From positions 62,029-126,028 of IMG/VR virus record IMGVR_UViG_3300020583_000010: a stretch of 64,000 nt of DNA; one strand, 5' to 3'. Below are positions 28,146 through 37,991 of the stretch, in pieces (position 1 is the first letter of the stretch; each line of letters starts with the position of its first letter). The translations under genes were made by a program, and so were the position numbers. The notes under the pieces are model-generated. The model had not been told where the DNA came from and searched no databases. It saw only the letters and a program-made list of their open reading frames with translations. Source of the DNA: a virus.

Positions 28146-30379
28146 TTAGAACTCCATGGGAGTATCTACAGCAGCGGCTTTAAAGGACATAACCAGTGTG
28201 ACATTATCATCGAAGTTCTTAAGTCGTGCAACTTCATCCTCTACAAGCTGCTCTTTGGTATAAATACCCTTTATTTTGAGTTCTTCCAGGTCAACTATGA
28301 TATAGTAGTTCTCTATGGCCTCAACCTGTAGATCTTCAAGGTTGAAACCGTCATTCTTATATGTGTACTCAGTCATTTTCTGCCTCTATTACTGCGAACA
28401 GTTCGCCATCGTAAGGATCAAAGTAGTTACCACCATAGGTATCGCTCCATGTCACGGATACTGGTATCGAAGTTTCAGTATAGATAGCTCCACCACTTTC
28501 CAGGTAATTATGGAGGTCTACATATACCCCGCATTCATTGCAGGTAAGTGAGATATCAGGAGACTCTTCAAGGCATACCCATTCTAACTCTAGTCTATAC
28601 TTCAACTTGCCAGTTTTAGGACACTTACACCCGAAGTATTCTTCTATGTCGGGAAGATCTCGGGCTTCTACTAGCTTAGTAAACTCAAGTTTTCCCACTA
28701 AATCTCCTGAGCAGAGTAGCGCTGACAGTTTTCACACAACCACATTCAGTGTAGTCTTCATGTATATCAGCAGCACAAGGATCTGGACCATACTCTATCA
28801 TGCCTCCATGCGGTTCACCATACCCTCCGCCCTCACACTTCGAATAATCCACATCAGGCAAGGTAGCGTAAGGAAAAGCACTGAGATAACTATACACCAT
28901 ATGTCTCTTTTATCTTAGAAAGAACTGACTCCACTATTGGTTGACCTACAACCCAAGCTGCCTGTAAGTAGTTAAAAAGCTCGTCAGAGTTGCGCTTAGT
29001 GGAAGTGTCTTCCTTACTTTCCTGCACAGGTTCTCCTACTTCCTTGAATCGCAGTTCTACTGCTCTGCTTTCTTGATTACCAGCATACACAGCCAGCTTT
29101 AAAACATCAGTGCTGTTGACTTCAATCCAGTGACTCCAAGGATAAATTGTGTTATCCCATTCCTTATTCCAATTCCTGCCACAAAAGTAATTCTCGTCAT
29201 ATGGAACTGTGCGCCATGACACATAGTTACCCGGCTTCAGTTGCTCTTCCTCAGTCATCATATGCTCCACGATCGAATGCACGCTGTCTGGCTAGCCGCA
29301 GTTCGCTTTCAGGAATGTCTAGGCGACTGCTGCTAGCTCTCTTGTAGTCGTCATAATCACGGTACGTCTGCTCAAGAACCTGGAAGGCCTCAGACAGGCA
29401 TTCAAGCTGCTTATAGGTGAGTTTTGTCTCGACAGTCATTCCACCTACGGTCTTTGTCATCACCACCTGACTCCAAGGCACGTTATCCGCATCATACTCA
29501 ACCTTGAAATCAGGTTCCATCCACTCATGCGCGCTCAACGCGGACCTCCCATGACAGTCTTACCGGAGCCGTCCATATACATCACGCGAGAGCCGTACAC
29601 ATAGTTCTTCTTACCGGTTTTATTGCGCTTCTTCTTGCCGTTCTTGTCAAAATTCTCGCCACCGTGATAACGACCCATCGTCTTCTGTTGGCGGTACTTC
29701 AGCTTAAGGGGAATCAATGTGGTCTCCATGGTATTACTCCTTGTCGTCCGTATACGCGGTGCTGTAGGCGGCAATACCGTTGAGCTGTACCAGAGCCGCT
29801 AGGAAGTGCGCCTGAGCTCTTGCCACCATCAGCGCCTTTCTATCGTCCGTGCGTATACTGTCTTTATCCTCAGCTTCTTCCAAACACTTGGAACCCTTGA
29901 TGAAATGCTCATGAGGTTGCATCATACTACATGTTCCTTGCTCTGTCTATATGGTCTTGAACGTCTTTGAGGTCCTGCACTCCGGTCTCTTTGACCTTGT
30001 CTATTCTACTCTGAGTCGCTGCCATGACCTCTTCACCGTGCTTTAGAGCCCTTGCTATCATCTTACGGGTCTTATAGACCTCCCAACCCCTGTACAGGTG
30101 CAGGAAGGCTATGAAACCGCACAGCCACACCAGCTTGGACTCCGCTGAGAACGACGCCGCCACTGTCAGGACAGCCCACACGAGCCCCGCGACCACCCAT
30201 AGCCAGTAACTGTGATTATACCACCAATCCCCCAGTCTTTCAAGCCGCTCGCGCTTCTTCTCAGCGAACTTGAAGCCGTCCATCCACGACGACTCGGACC
30301 GCAGTTCCACCAAAGGCAACGGCGTCTCAGGCACCTGCGCCTCTTCATACTCCTTGAAAAGCTTCTTTTTACGAGGCAT
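28146..30379 (-). other. run of small hypothetical genes (28146-28376, 28369-28698, 28685-28900, 28890-29282, 29251-29538, 29535-~29729, 29734-29925, 29927-30379)
   Basis: Tightly packed or overlapping ORFs with RBSs; 29927-30379 has two TM helices. Confidence 0.6.
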
Positions 30380-30624
30380 CCGGAATTCTCCTTAAACAGC
30401 CTCAATCTACTCTAAGATCTCTTAATATATTCAACTCTCGACTCATACTACCATGTTTTTCGCATAAAAACAAGCCCTAATACCTAAAAATCATCATAAA
30501 ATACCCCAAAAATGACTAATATGGAGTATTTCTAGAAACATCAGTTCGGCTATTATAGAACAAATTCCTATTTAAATTCGGAGTGGAAGACAAAGTAATA
30601 GTCTTAGTGTCCTATAATCGAACA

Positions 30625-31166
30625 TTAAAGGTTATTATATTCAACATCTGTGATATGCACTAGCCTATCCGATCCGTACGCCCCGGTCTGCCCGCTTTCA
30701 AATCTGACATGATACTTATTCGAACTGCTATTCCACGCCAGAACGGAACAAACAACTCCCGGCAGTCCCGCATTTTCATCATAGGCAAAAGCATGCTTGA
30801 CTCTTACAACGTCTCCTACCTTAAACTTGTCTTCTGCCTGCGGGTTCACCAGATCTTTCGGCATAATCGAGACCGGCTTGACCTCTTGGTCCTTGCTCAG
30901 TGCCTCTTTGCTGTGCCTTTTAAGCTCATCCGCTGAGTCCATCCATACAACCCAGTCCAACTTATCGTTATTGCTCCTGTCGAACACACCATACCAGCCA
31001 GCCTCGAACGGCTCCGGGAATTCCTCAACCTCGGCTCCGAGCGGCAGGGTAACCCATGTTCCGGAGTAGTCGTACCATCCTTTGCACCCCCCGGCAACCG
31101 CACGTGTATAACACCATCAACCCCTTGTGTAAGATCAACTTCAAAGCTCACTCTATATCTAGTCAT
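30625..31166 (-). pseudogene. frameshifted gene (5' part from ATG 31166, 3' part in -1 frame ending 30625)
   Basis: The frame of the 30625-30987 ORF stays open upstream (GWYDYSGTWVTLPLGAEVEEFPEPFEAGWY) with no ATG/GTG/TTG start; G6 run at 31087-31092. Confidence 0.55.
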
Positions 31167-31172
31167 ACTGCC

Positions 31173-31201
31173 AACCTACCATACACACCTCTATCTGTCA
31201 A
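31173..31201 (-). promoter_or_regulatory. leaderless promoter
   Basis: TTGACA-N17-TAGGTT, ATG 7 nt downstream. Confidence 0.65.
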
Positions 31202-31639
31202 CCCACAATAAGTGCAGGTCAGCGGCCTTGTTTCAAGGGAATCGAAGATCAATTTGAAAATCACTCCGGCGGCTAAAACCGCCCCATATCAGCACCCTGC
31301 GTCACGCGACTAGCCCCGCCCCCGCCATGCGACGCAGCACACGCATCTACGCACACGCATATCAGTCATCGAATCTCAAAGCAATGCACTGATAGGCATC
31401 CCAAGAGCCGGCAGAGTATTGACATCCACATATCAGTCATCGATCACATAGCCGGCAGACCTTTTACATATGAAATCTGAGAGCCTAGCAGACCCTCAGG
31501 TAGTATCCTTATACCAGAGCCCTGTGTTAGGCTCTCTACGATCAACACAGAAGAACAGGAACAGGCATCTCAGCACAGTGCGTTGATGTCAGTGATGTGT
31601 ATTGATGTATGTACACTGTTGTGGTTAGGAGACTTGACT

Positions 31640-31694
31640 ACTGTGTGTAGTGTTGAACTGGTTACTGTGTGTAGTGTTGAACTGGCTACTGTGT
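31640..31694 (+). repeat. tandem repeat actgtgtgtagtgttgaactgg(tt/ct), ~2.3 copies
   Basis: Directly visible, 24-bp period. Confidence 0.85.
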
Positions 31695-32204
31695 AGGCTG
31701 CCGTGTTTCATCCGGCCTGTGGTATGCCGTGTGCCGTACAGGTCTGCTCATCCCCTGTGTGTGTGGTGAACGACTGTATACCCTGGTACAGCCAGAGGTA
31801 CATGCTGTGTGTAGTATGGATCAGTGTGCTGTGGCAGTGCTCTGTGTGACAGCGTGTCGGTCTGGTACGGTGTGCCCTGTATAGGATCTGTCTGCGTGTC
31901 AGCCGTGTGCCGTATCCTGATATCAGTGTGGCTGTATGCCGGTACTGCCGGCGCATGGCTGCTCATCCGGTTCGGATATTCGCGTGTCTTGATACAGGAT
32001 GGATACTGCTGTGCGGGGTCGCTTATACCACGTCTGGGCATGCTTGGAGTACCTTGGTACCTGAGTATGCCGCATGGCGGGGATGTATGCATGAGGTCTC
32101 GGGTATAGTCGCAGGCGGAGCTCATCCGTGTTTCTCGAAATGGATTTATATTCATAGTGCCCGGGGGTTGCGCCGCCGTGGGGCAGTAGTAACGTAGTGA
32201 GTGA

Positions 32205-32672
32205 AGCAAGAGGCATTCGAACCGACAGGGAACCACCGGCTCAGCCGGACAGGCCAAGGATCGAATCCCCCGCTTAGGTCACCGGAAGCCTTGTCAACCG
32301 GGAAGCATCATCCTAAAGGGGTGATGGAACCGCGCGGGTCAGCATCGAACGAAGCGCCGCACGGCACGCAGTGAAGGCAGGGATCAGCAGGGTTCCGGGG
32401 TGAAACTCCCTGGTGCGTTAGGAGCGACCGGCTTAGACGCCAACGGCTCTGGGGACGTGAGACGGTCTGCCTTGTATTACAGCCACGAACGGGAACGTTG
32501 ATCGGTCCGACTCCGATCCGTGGCGCGGGGCGATCGCAGTGAAGGACGCGGGTAAGAAAAGTGATGCCGCCGGGAGGCCTTGAAGCATCAGCCCAGCGGC
32601 CTTCAATGCGAAGCTCAAGGGACGCTGTGAAGGCGAGGCGGTTGGGTCCGTCCGCCGAAGCGGCGTCCCGCA
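32205..32672 (+). ncRNA. candidate large structured ncRNA upstream of tRNA-Glu
   Basis: Dense helices, GNRA-capped hairpins, T-loop-like element, no credible ORF. Confidence 0.65.
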
Positions 32673-32677
32673 TCAAA

Positions 32678-32750
32678 GTCCCTATGGTGCAGCGGCCTAG
32701 CACGCAAGACTTTCAATCTTGTGACGTCGGTTCGAATCCGACTAGGGGTG
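32678..32750 (+). tRNA. tRNA-Glu(TTC)
   Basis: CAAGA-CTTTCAA-TCTTG anticodon arm, GTCGG-TTCGAAT-CCGAC T arm. Confidence 0.92.
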
Positions 32751-32828
32751 CGGGACTGGCAACACGACCATCGATGCGCGGACCGTGAGAACGGATTTTG
32801 CGAACTTCACAGGCGTTCAGTCCTTTTT

Positions 32829-32899
32829 GCGGCTGTAACTCAATGGCAGAGTATCTGACTTCCAATCAGACTATGCGGGTTCGATTCCCGTCAGCCACT
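32829..32899 (+). tRNA. tRNA-Gly(TCC)
   Basis: TCTGA-CTTCCAA-TCAGA, GCGGG-TTCGATT-CCCGT; one acceptor mismatch. Confidence 0.9.
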
Positions 32900-32940
32900 C
32901 GTAGGAAGTGCCGCACAACTCACCTAGGGAGTCAGAAACT

Positions 32941-33153
32941 ATGAGCGAGTTCTACATGTCCGGCCGTTCCAACCGTGAAGAGTACGGCATGCGCGGAACA
33001 GATTGGGTGGAAGAGTACACGCGGATGATCAACGGGACCGAGTACGAGTTCTCGCGTGTCACGTGGGGAGACGGCGCTGTCACCGTTCGCGCGTGGATCG
33101 TGGGCGGTTCGGCCTACTACCCGATCCATCAGTGGGGACGTCAGGTCTCCTAG
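32941..33153 (+). CDS. hypothetical protein
   Basis: GGGAG RBS, strong GC3 bias. Confidence 0.65.
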   Translation: MSEFYMSGRSNREEYGMRGTDWVEEYTRMINGTEYEFSRVTWGDGAVTVRAWIVGGSAYYPIHQWGRQVS

Positions 33154-33242
33154 CAGCAAGCCTCTAGGGTCAAGCTTCACAGCAGCGCCTAGAGGCACTT
33201 CAAAGGCTCCAATCAGGTGCCTTGAAACAGAAAGGCAATACC

Positions 33243-33371
33243 ATGCGGCGTTATCAGGGCGAGTCGGTTCAGGTGGTCAACGAGACCACCTATCGCGGCG
33301 TCCGCGTTCTCTGCGTCATGTTCAGCGACGGCATGGCCGAGTGGGTTCCCGCCAGCGAGGTGACCAAGTGA
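33243..33371 (+). CDS. 42-aa hypothetical protein (not in ORF track)
   Basis: GAAAGG RBS; MRRYQGESVQVVNETTYRG..; GTGA overlap with next gene. Confidence 0.55.
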   Translation: MRRYQGESVQVVNETTYRGVRVLCVMFSDGMAEWVPASEVTK

Positions 33372-33556
33372 CCGGCCTTACCGTAGCCGATCGCTGCGAC
33401 GCCTGTAGCGCGCAAGCGCTGGTCGCTTTCAGCCGTAGCGCCGGACAGGGCCGTCTCGACCTCTGCGGCCATCACGCGCGTCGGTTCGGCGCCAAAATGG
33501 CCGAACAGGGATTCACCATCGCCGAGGATCACAGAGAGAGCGTGGTGGCGCGATGA
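33368..33556 (+). CDS. small actinobacterial-type Zn-binding protein (DRCDxC..CxHH)
   Basis: LTVADRCDACSAQA..LDLCGHHARR. Confidence 0.7.
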   Translation: MTGLTVADRCDACSAQALVAFSRSAGQGRLDLCGHHARRFGAKMAEQGFTIAEDHRESVVAR

Positions 33557-33720
33557 CGCGCGTCATCGCCATAGGCGTGGCGTGCGCCGTATTCGCCTCT
33601 CTCGCCATCGCTGGCATCCTGGCCCTGTCCGTGAGTCAGGCTGACCGGCCTTCCAATCCGTGTGCAGTCATCGGCATGAGTCACTGCGGCTCTGTCGGCA
33701 ACAAGTAGGGAGTCTGTTTC

Positions 33721-33888
33721 ATGAACCGTTTCCAGAAAGTCCGCATGGGCGCGGGTTGGGCCGTGTGGGACCGTGATACCAACCATTTCGTCGCTGATGC
33801 GTCCTACGGCAACGAGTACATGGCCGACGCCAAGGTAGAAGTCCTGAACCGCAAGCACGAAGAGCAGAGCATGAACAGCCATGCATAA
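33721..33888 (+). CDS. 55-aa hypothetical protein (not in ORF track)
   Basis: GGGAG RBS; MNRFQKVRMGAGWAVWDRDTN..LNRKH. Confidence 0.6.
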   Translation: MNRFQKVRMGAGWAVWDRDTNHFVADASYGNEYMADAKVEVLNRKHEEQSMNSHA

Positions 33889-34044
33889 GGCTCATAACCT
33901 CTACCACACCGTCAAGGACGCACGTACGTACCGTTCCCGCGTCCGCGCCTACAGAGGTGATGACACGAGCGTTCTTCGGCCACTCAGCGTCCCCGATCGC
34001 ATTATGTGGTTCCTGGTCGACTTGGTGTCCTAGGCGTCACAACC

Positions 34045-34086
34045 GAGCCCCGCATCTTGGCCTCGCGGTCAGGATGCGGGGCTTTT
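34045..34086 (+). terminator. intrinsic terminator
   Basis: gagccccgcatcttg..caggatgcggggc followed by tttt. Confidence 0.8.
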
Positions 34087-34192
34087 CCATGCCCTGACCT
34101 ATATCAGGGCACTGAGCCGGCAGACAGGGCACTCTAAGGCTCTCGACCGTCGCCCGGGTATGGTCATACGCGGAGATGCCCGGGAACGTGAG

Positions 34193-34227
34193 AGAGCCGC
34201 CCATCGTGCCGAGTGATGGGCGGCTCT
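34193..34227 (-). terminator. hairpin downstream of DUF3631 gene
   Basis: 13-bp perfect stem agagccgcccatc/gatgggcggctct. Confidence 0.65.
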
Positions 34228-34312
34228 GTCTCTAGGCTCGCTGTGTAACATGACCGGGGGTGTAACACGGACTGGCGTGTAACACGCTTCCAACGTGCGA
34301 TGCCCGATTTGC

Positions 34313-35470
34313 CTACTGACCAGTGCTTTCGACATCGTCACTTGCCGTAACCGACCAGTGACTCTCGAAATCGTCCCGCTTGAAGCCTCGCGAGACCTTG
34401 TCGCCCACGCGGACCGGAGTCGCTGCGAGCCTGTAAGGAGCGGTAGAGAGCAGCGTGGTCAGTTCCCTCGGCGCCACACCAGCGTTCGGCCAGATGGTCT
34501 CCCATCCCGCGTTGAGCGCATAAAGTCCTTCCACCATGGCGACGGTGGTCATTTTCTCCCTACCGGAGAATACGGTCTCAAGATCAGCGACCAGACGCAT
34601 GGTGAGGGACTCGGGGGATTCCGTACTCTGACCGGTGGACAGTTCCCTGCAAGCCTTTGCGCAGCGCTCAGGCCACGATCCGCCAGCGACGTTTGCGATT
34701 TGAAACAGTGGTTCCCAGACTTCGGCGAGACGGTCCTCTATACCGGCGGGAAGTTCCGGCCAGTTCTCAGTGATCGAACCGAGATTGAACCCGACCCACT
34801 TGCCGAGGTCCGCATTGATCGCTCGCGCCATGCCGTCATGCAGCCGACTGCGGTACTTCTCACCCTTACCCTTGGCTTGCTTCATACGGCTAATGATGCA
34901 CCGCGAGCGAACAGCCGCGAGCGCTTCGGCGGACTGGAATACACGGCCTAGGCCAGCCATGGCCATGGGACCGAAGATGTCTTGTTCAATCTGCTTTGCG
35001 CGCATGACGGTCGCACCCTTGCGGTAGCCTGAGTTGATGACCGACCGCACAATGGATTTGGCCTCGCCCTTGCCGAACAGGATGTCTACCTCGTCAATCA
35101 GGATGACTTTGCGCATTTCGGAGATTCCGGCGACCAGAGCGGCGGGAGTGGGATCGGTGGTGACCTGTCCGTTGCGCCCGATCAGACGCAACATGTCCAG
35201 AGCGAGAGTCTTGCCGCTGGCAGGTTCGTCCGAGATGAAAGCCAGGCGCGGGGAAGAGTCAAACAGCAACTTTCCCTCCCCATCCACCGCATGCGTGTGC
35301 GCAGCCCAGAGTGTCATCACGTCGCGGATTGCGTCCCCGGCAATGAGAAAGCGCGACATGAACTCATGCGCCGTGTCTAGAGCCTGTCCGTTGTAGGGAA
35401 CCTGAGCTGTCACCTCTACCGTCTCGGCTTTGAACGTACCCTGTGACGTTCGAGCCTTCACACCTGCCAT
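34313..35470 (-). CDS. P-loop NTPase with DUF3631-like C-terminal domain
   Basis: EPASGKT, ILIDEVD, INSGYRKG, EDRLAEVWEPLFQIANVAGGSWPER. Confidence 0.8.
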   Translation of the reverse strand: MAGVKARTSQGTFKAETVEVTAQVPYNGQALDTAHEFMSRFLIAGDAIRDVMTLWAAHTHAVDGEGKLLFDSSPRLAFISDEPASGKTLALDMLRLIGRNGQVTTDPTPAALVAGISEMRKVILIDEVDILFGKGEAKSIVRSVINSGYRKGATVMRAKQIEQDIFGPMAMAGLGRVFQSAEALAAVRSRCIISRMKQAKGKGEKYRSRLHDGMARAINADLGKWVGFNLGSITENWPELPAGIEDRLAEVWEPLFQIANVAGGSWPERCAKACRELSTGQSTESPESLTMRLVADLETVFSGREKMTTVAMVEGLYALNAGWETIWPNAGVAPRELTTLLSTAPYRLAATPVRVGDKVSRGFKRDDFESHWSVTASDDVESTGQ

Positions 35471-35530
35471 ATCAATACCCTTTCTCGTGTCCTGACACTC
35501 GGCATGCCAGGTACCCCGATCTTCTCACAG

Positions 35531-35561
35531 AAAAACCCCGCCTGTCAAGACAGGCGGGGTT
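35531..35561 (-). terminator. intrinsic terminator containing TTGACA
   Basis: aaccccgcctgtc-aa-gacaggcggggtt with T-run on minus strand. Confidence 0.75.
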
Positions 35562-35575
35562 AATCATAGTCGCTG

Positions 35576-36700
35576 CTACGCGTTCGCGAGCACGGCGCCC
35601 AGCGTGGTGAGCGCGTTGCGGTCGTTCTCACCCATCTTGCCCGAAATCACGTTCTGCATTACGCGATCCTGGCGCGCCGTCTTGCGGATCGTGGCAACGT
35701 GCGTGTTGTACGTGTTGACCGCCTGAAGCACTCCGAGAGCGGTGTTCTTCCACGGCGACACGCGGTCGTCATGGAGCCACAGCTCGGACAGGCTCTCACG
35801 GTGCTTCTCAGCGACCGTCTTGCCCCGTCCCTCTTCAGTCGGAACCGGGGCGTGAGCGTCGAGGAACTGGGCCCACTGGGCATCGGTCACGGTCTGCTCA
35901 GTCAGAGCCTTGACTTCCGCAGCGAAGTCATCCGCCGCAGCATAGATGATGGCCAGCGCGTCACGCGCCTCATCCAACTTCAAGCCGCTGTTCTTCGTGT
36001 GCCTCAGCTTGAAGGACTGGTCGCGCTCGGACTGCGCCATTTCCAGGGTATTATCGCAAACCACTGCTTGGATCTTACGGCCGTACTGCGTTGCGACAGT
36101 GCCGTCGAAAGAGGTGGTCGCGAGCAAGAATGGCCGGAAGTCGAATCCCTCGACGGTCTTGACCGTGTCTTCCATCTCAACCTGAACCCATGCCACAGCG
36201 CCGCCCTTCAGGAGGCCAGCGCTGCCGATCGCGAGTTCACCGGCTCCGGTGTCGAGGATGGAACCGACGTTGTTGATCAGCCACTCCTGATAGCCGTGAC
36301 CCTGATAGCCGTCGCTGAAGATGCCCATGACGTGACCGGTGTCGCTGCGCTTCCACGCGGTCTTGTTGGGCACGGGCACGAAGTCCGCATCGACGTACAC
36401 GGGCGAGGGAACCGCGTCCCAAGCGAACAGACGCCCTCGCACGGTCTCTACGGGAAGATGATACCACGCTTCCCCCCGCTTGTTGGGCACGGGCACGAGG
36501 TCCTCACCGTTGTACGCATCGACGTACACGCGCGAGGGAACCGCGTCCCAATCGAACAGACGCTCTCGCACGGTCTCTACGGGGATGGCGCCCGGAAAGT
36601 GGTTGTCGGTGCCCTCGCGGTGGTGCCACGCATTACCGCGCTTGTCGGTGTAGCCCACAAGCGTGTTCTCATTGAGCCAAGTGAGGCTTTCCTTGGACAT
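35576..36700 (-). CDS. DUF932-family protein with internal duplication
   Basis: AWH, SAGLLKGG, LLATTSFDGT, VVCDNTL; duplicated PVETVR..PVPNK block. Confidence 0.85.
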   Translation of the reverse strand: MSKESLTWLNENTLVGYTDKRGNAWHHREGTDNHFPGAIPVETVRERLFDWDAVPSRVYVDAYNGEDLVPVPNKRGEAWYHLPVETVRGRLFAWDAVPSPVYVDADFVPVPNKTAWKRSDTGHVMGIFSDGYQGHGYQEWLINNVGSILDTGAGELAIGSAGLLKGGAVAWVQVEMEDTVKTVEGFDFRPFLLATTSFDGTVATQYGRKIQAVVCDNTLEMAQSERDQSFKLRHTKNSGLKLDEARDALAIIYAAADDFAAEVKALTEQTVTDAQWAQFLDAHAPVPTEEGRGKTVAEKHRESLSELWLHDDRVSPWKNTALGVLQAVNTYNTHVATIRKTARQDRVMQNVISGKMGENDRNALTTLGAVLANA

Positions 36701-37092
36701 GCTGTCTCCCTAGGTCTGAGGCCCACAGCTGGGCACGAGCACCATTAGATCATATGGACTACAGATGCGTCAAGAAACTACTTGACCTGTATCAGTTCAT
36801 TGATAATGTGCTGGCACTCACTATCTGTAGCCAAAACAGTGAGTCTTACTCACATGATGCTTCCAAGCATCTTTCTTTCAAAGTAGTGAAATATTGTGAC
36901 TACTGCATAGAACTGCAAACCTATGAATAAGTATTCAATGAGATTATGTGACTACTTTGCGTGATCTGATGGCTATTCATGACTAAATACGTGACCAGGG
37001 CCGTTCTAAGAGCCTCCCAGGACTAGGGATAGGCAACCACCCTAGGGTTGTACTCAAAGGCCGTTAGGATGGATATGCCCAGGTCAGAGGGC

Positions 37093-37779
37093 CTAGTTAA
37101 GATCCCTCACGATACTTTCCGCGATGAACTGAGAGTATGCAGGCGGGATGGCTTCCGCGATCGCTTTTCGATCATCAGTCCAGTCGATCCCCATTGCCTG
37201 CTGCCACTCGCTGACAGAACCCTTACCTCCACCGCGTCCGTAGACCGCCAAGTAAGGACCCTCATAGTAGACACCGTGTCGCCATCCTCTGGTTCTACCT
37301 CTATGAGGCTTGTGCACGATCTGCGGAATAGACAGTCTGCTGAGCCAAAAGTTCCGATGCCGAGTAACTCCCAAACCGAACGTCTCGCCGCACAGCTTCA
37401 AGTCAGGTGGCCTTGGCATCCGTTTGGTTGCCTTACCCGGTGGCTGCTCCAAGATCCACGGCAGGCCTATATGATCGAGTGCTGCGACCGTGGGCAATAG
37501 TAAATCAGGGTGCTGTGCCGGCCTGTCGGCGTTGGTACCAGCCGTGAGCGGAGAATCGTGCTGGCATGGCGGCGAAGCGTGGATCACCTGGAATGTCTTC
37601 CGAATCCAGTCTGCCCGCTCGTAGAGGAAGCTGACCACGTCAGCTTGTATAAACTGATCCCCGATATACCTGGGCTGCTCAACGATGTCAACACCCGTGA
37701 CCTCGAAACCGCCAAGCTGATAGCCTCTGGTCGCTCCCCCTTGACAACAGTACAAATCCAGTAAGGCCAGTCTGCTCAC
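37093..37779 (-). CDS. C5-cytosine DNA methyltransferase-like protein
   Basis: LDLYCCQGG, GVDI, IHASPPCQ, EAIPPAYS; usual ENV motif appears as EQP. Confidence 0.85.
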   Translation of the reverse strand: MSRLALLDLYCCQGGATRGYQLGGFEVTGVDIVEQPRYIGDQFIQADVVSFLYERADWIRKTFQVIHASPPCQHDSPLTAGTNADRPAQHPDLLLPTVAALDHIGLPWILEQPPGKATKRMPRPPDLKLCGETFGLGVTRHRNFWLSRLSIPQIVHKPHRGRTRGWRHGVYYEGPYLAVYGRGGGKGSVSEWQQAMGIDWTDDRKAIAEAIPPAYSQFIAESIVRDLN

Positions 37780-37991
37780 TCGTCTTTCAATGCCTCTCTA
37801 AGCCGCAGTACCGCAAGCTCAGCCATACCCATAGCCTCTACAGTGGACAACCCGTCAGTAGCTCTAGCCTGATAGGTGACACCGTCCTCAACAAGGCACT
37901 TCACCACTACCAAGGCTGCTAGAGGAAACTCATTAAGCTCTCCCTCGATAGGAAGACCACAGACATATCTCAGCTCTTCAGAATTAGGCAT
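37776..37991 (-). CDS. hypothetical protein
   Basis: ORF coupled to methyltransferase (ATGA-type overlap). Confidence 0.6.
   Translation of the reverse strand: MPNSEELRYVCGLPIEGELNEFPLAALVVVKCLVEDGVTYQARATDGLSTVEAMGMAELAVLRLREALKDE

Noticed and set aside
32205-32672. tmRNA, RNase P RNA or self-splicing intron
   Set aside because: No tRNA-Ala-like ends or tag ORF, no GAGGAAAGTCC, no group I P/Q/R/S or group II domain V; CCGGCTTA alone is insufficient
31708-32788. ORFs across the TG-rich and structured-RNA region
   Set aside because: Composition-driven C/V/H/T-rich translations in several frames, no RBS, one overlaps tRNA-Glu
34295-37764. Long plus-strand ORFs (34295-34951, 35699-36748, 37048-37500)
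   Set aside because: Antisense to high-GC3 genes, which suppresses stops on the opposite strand
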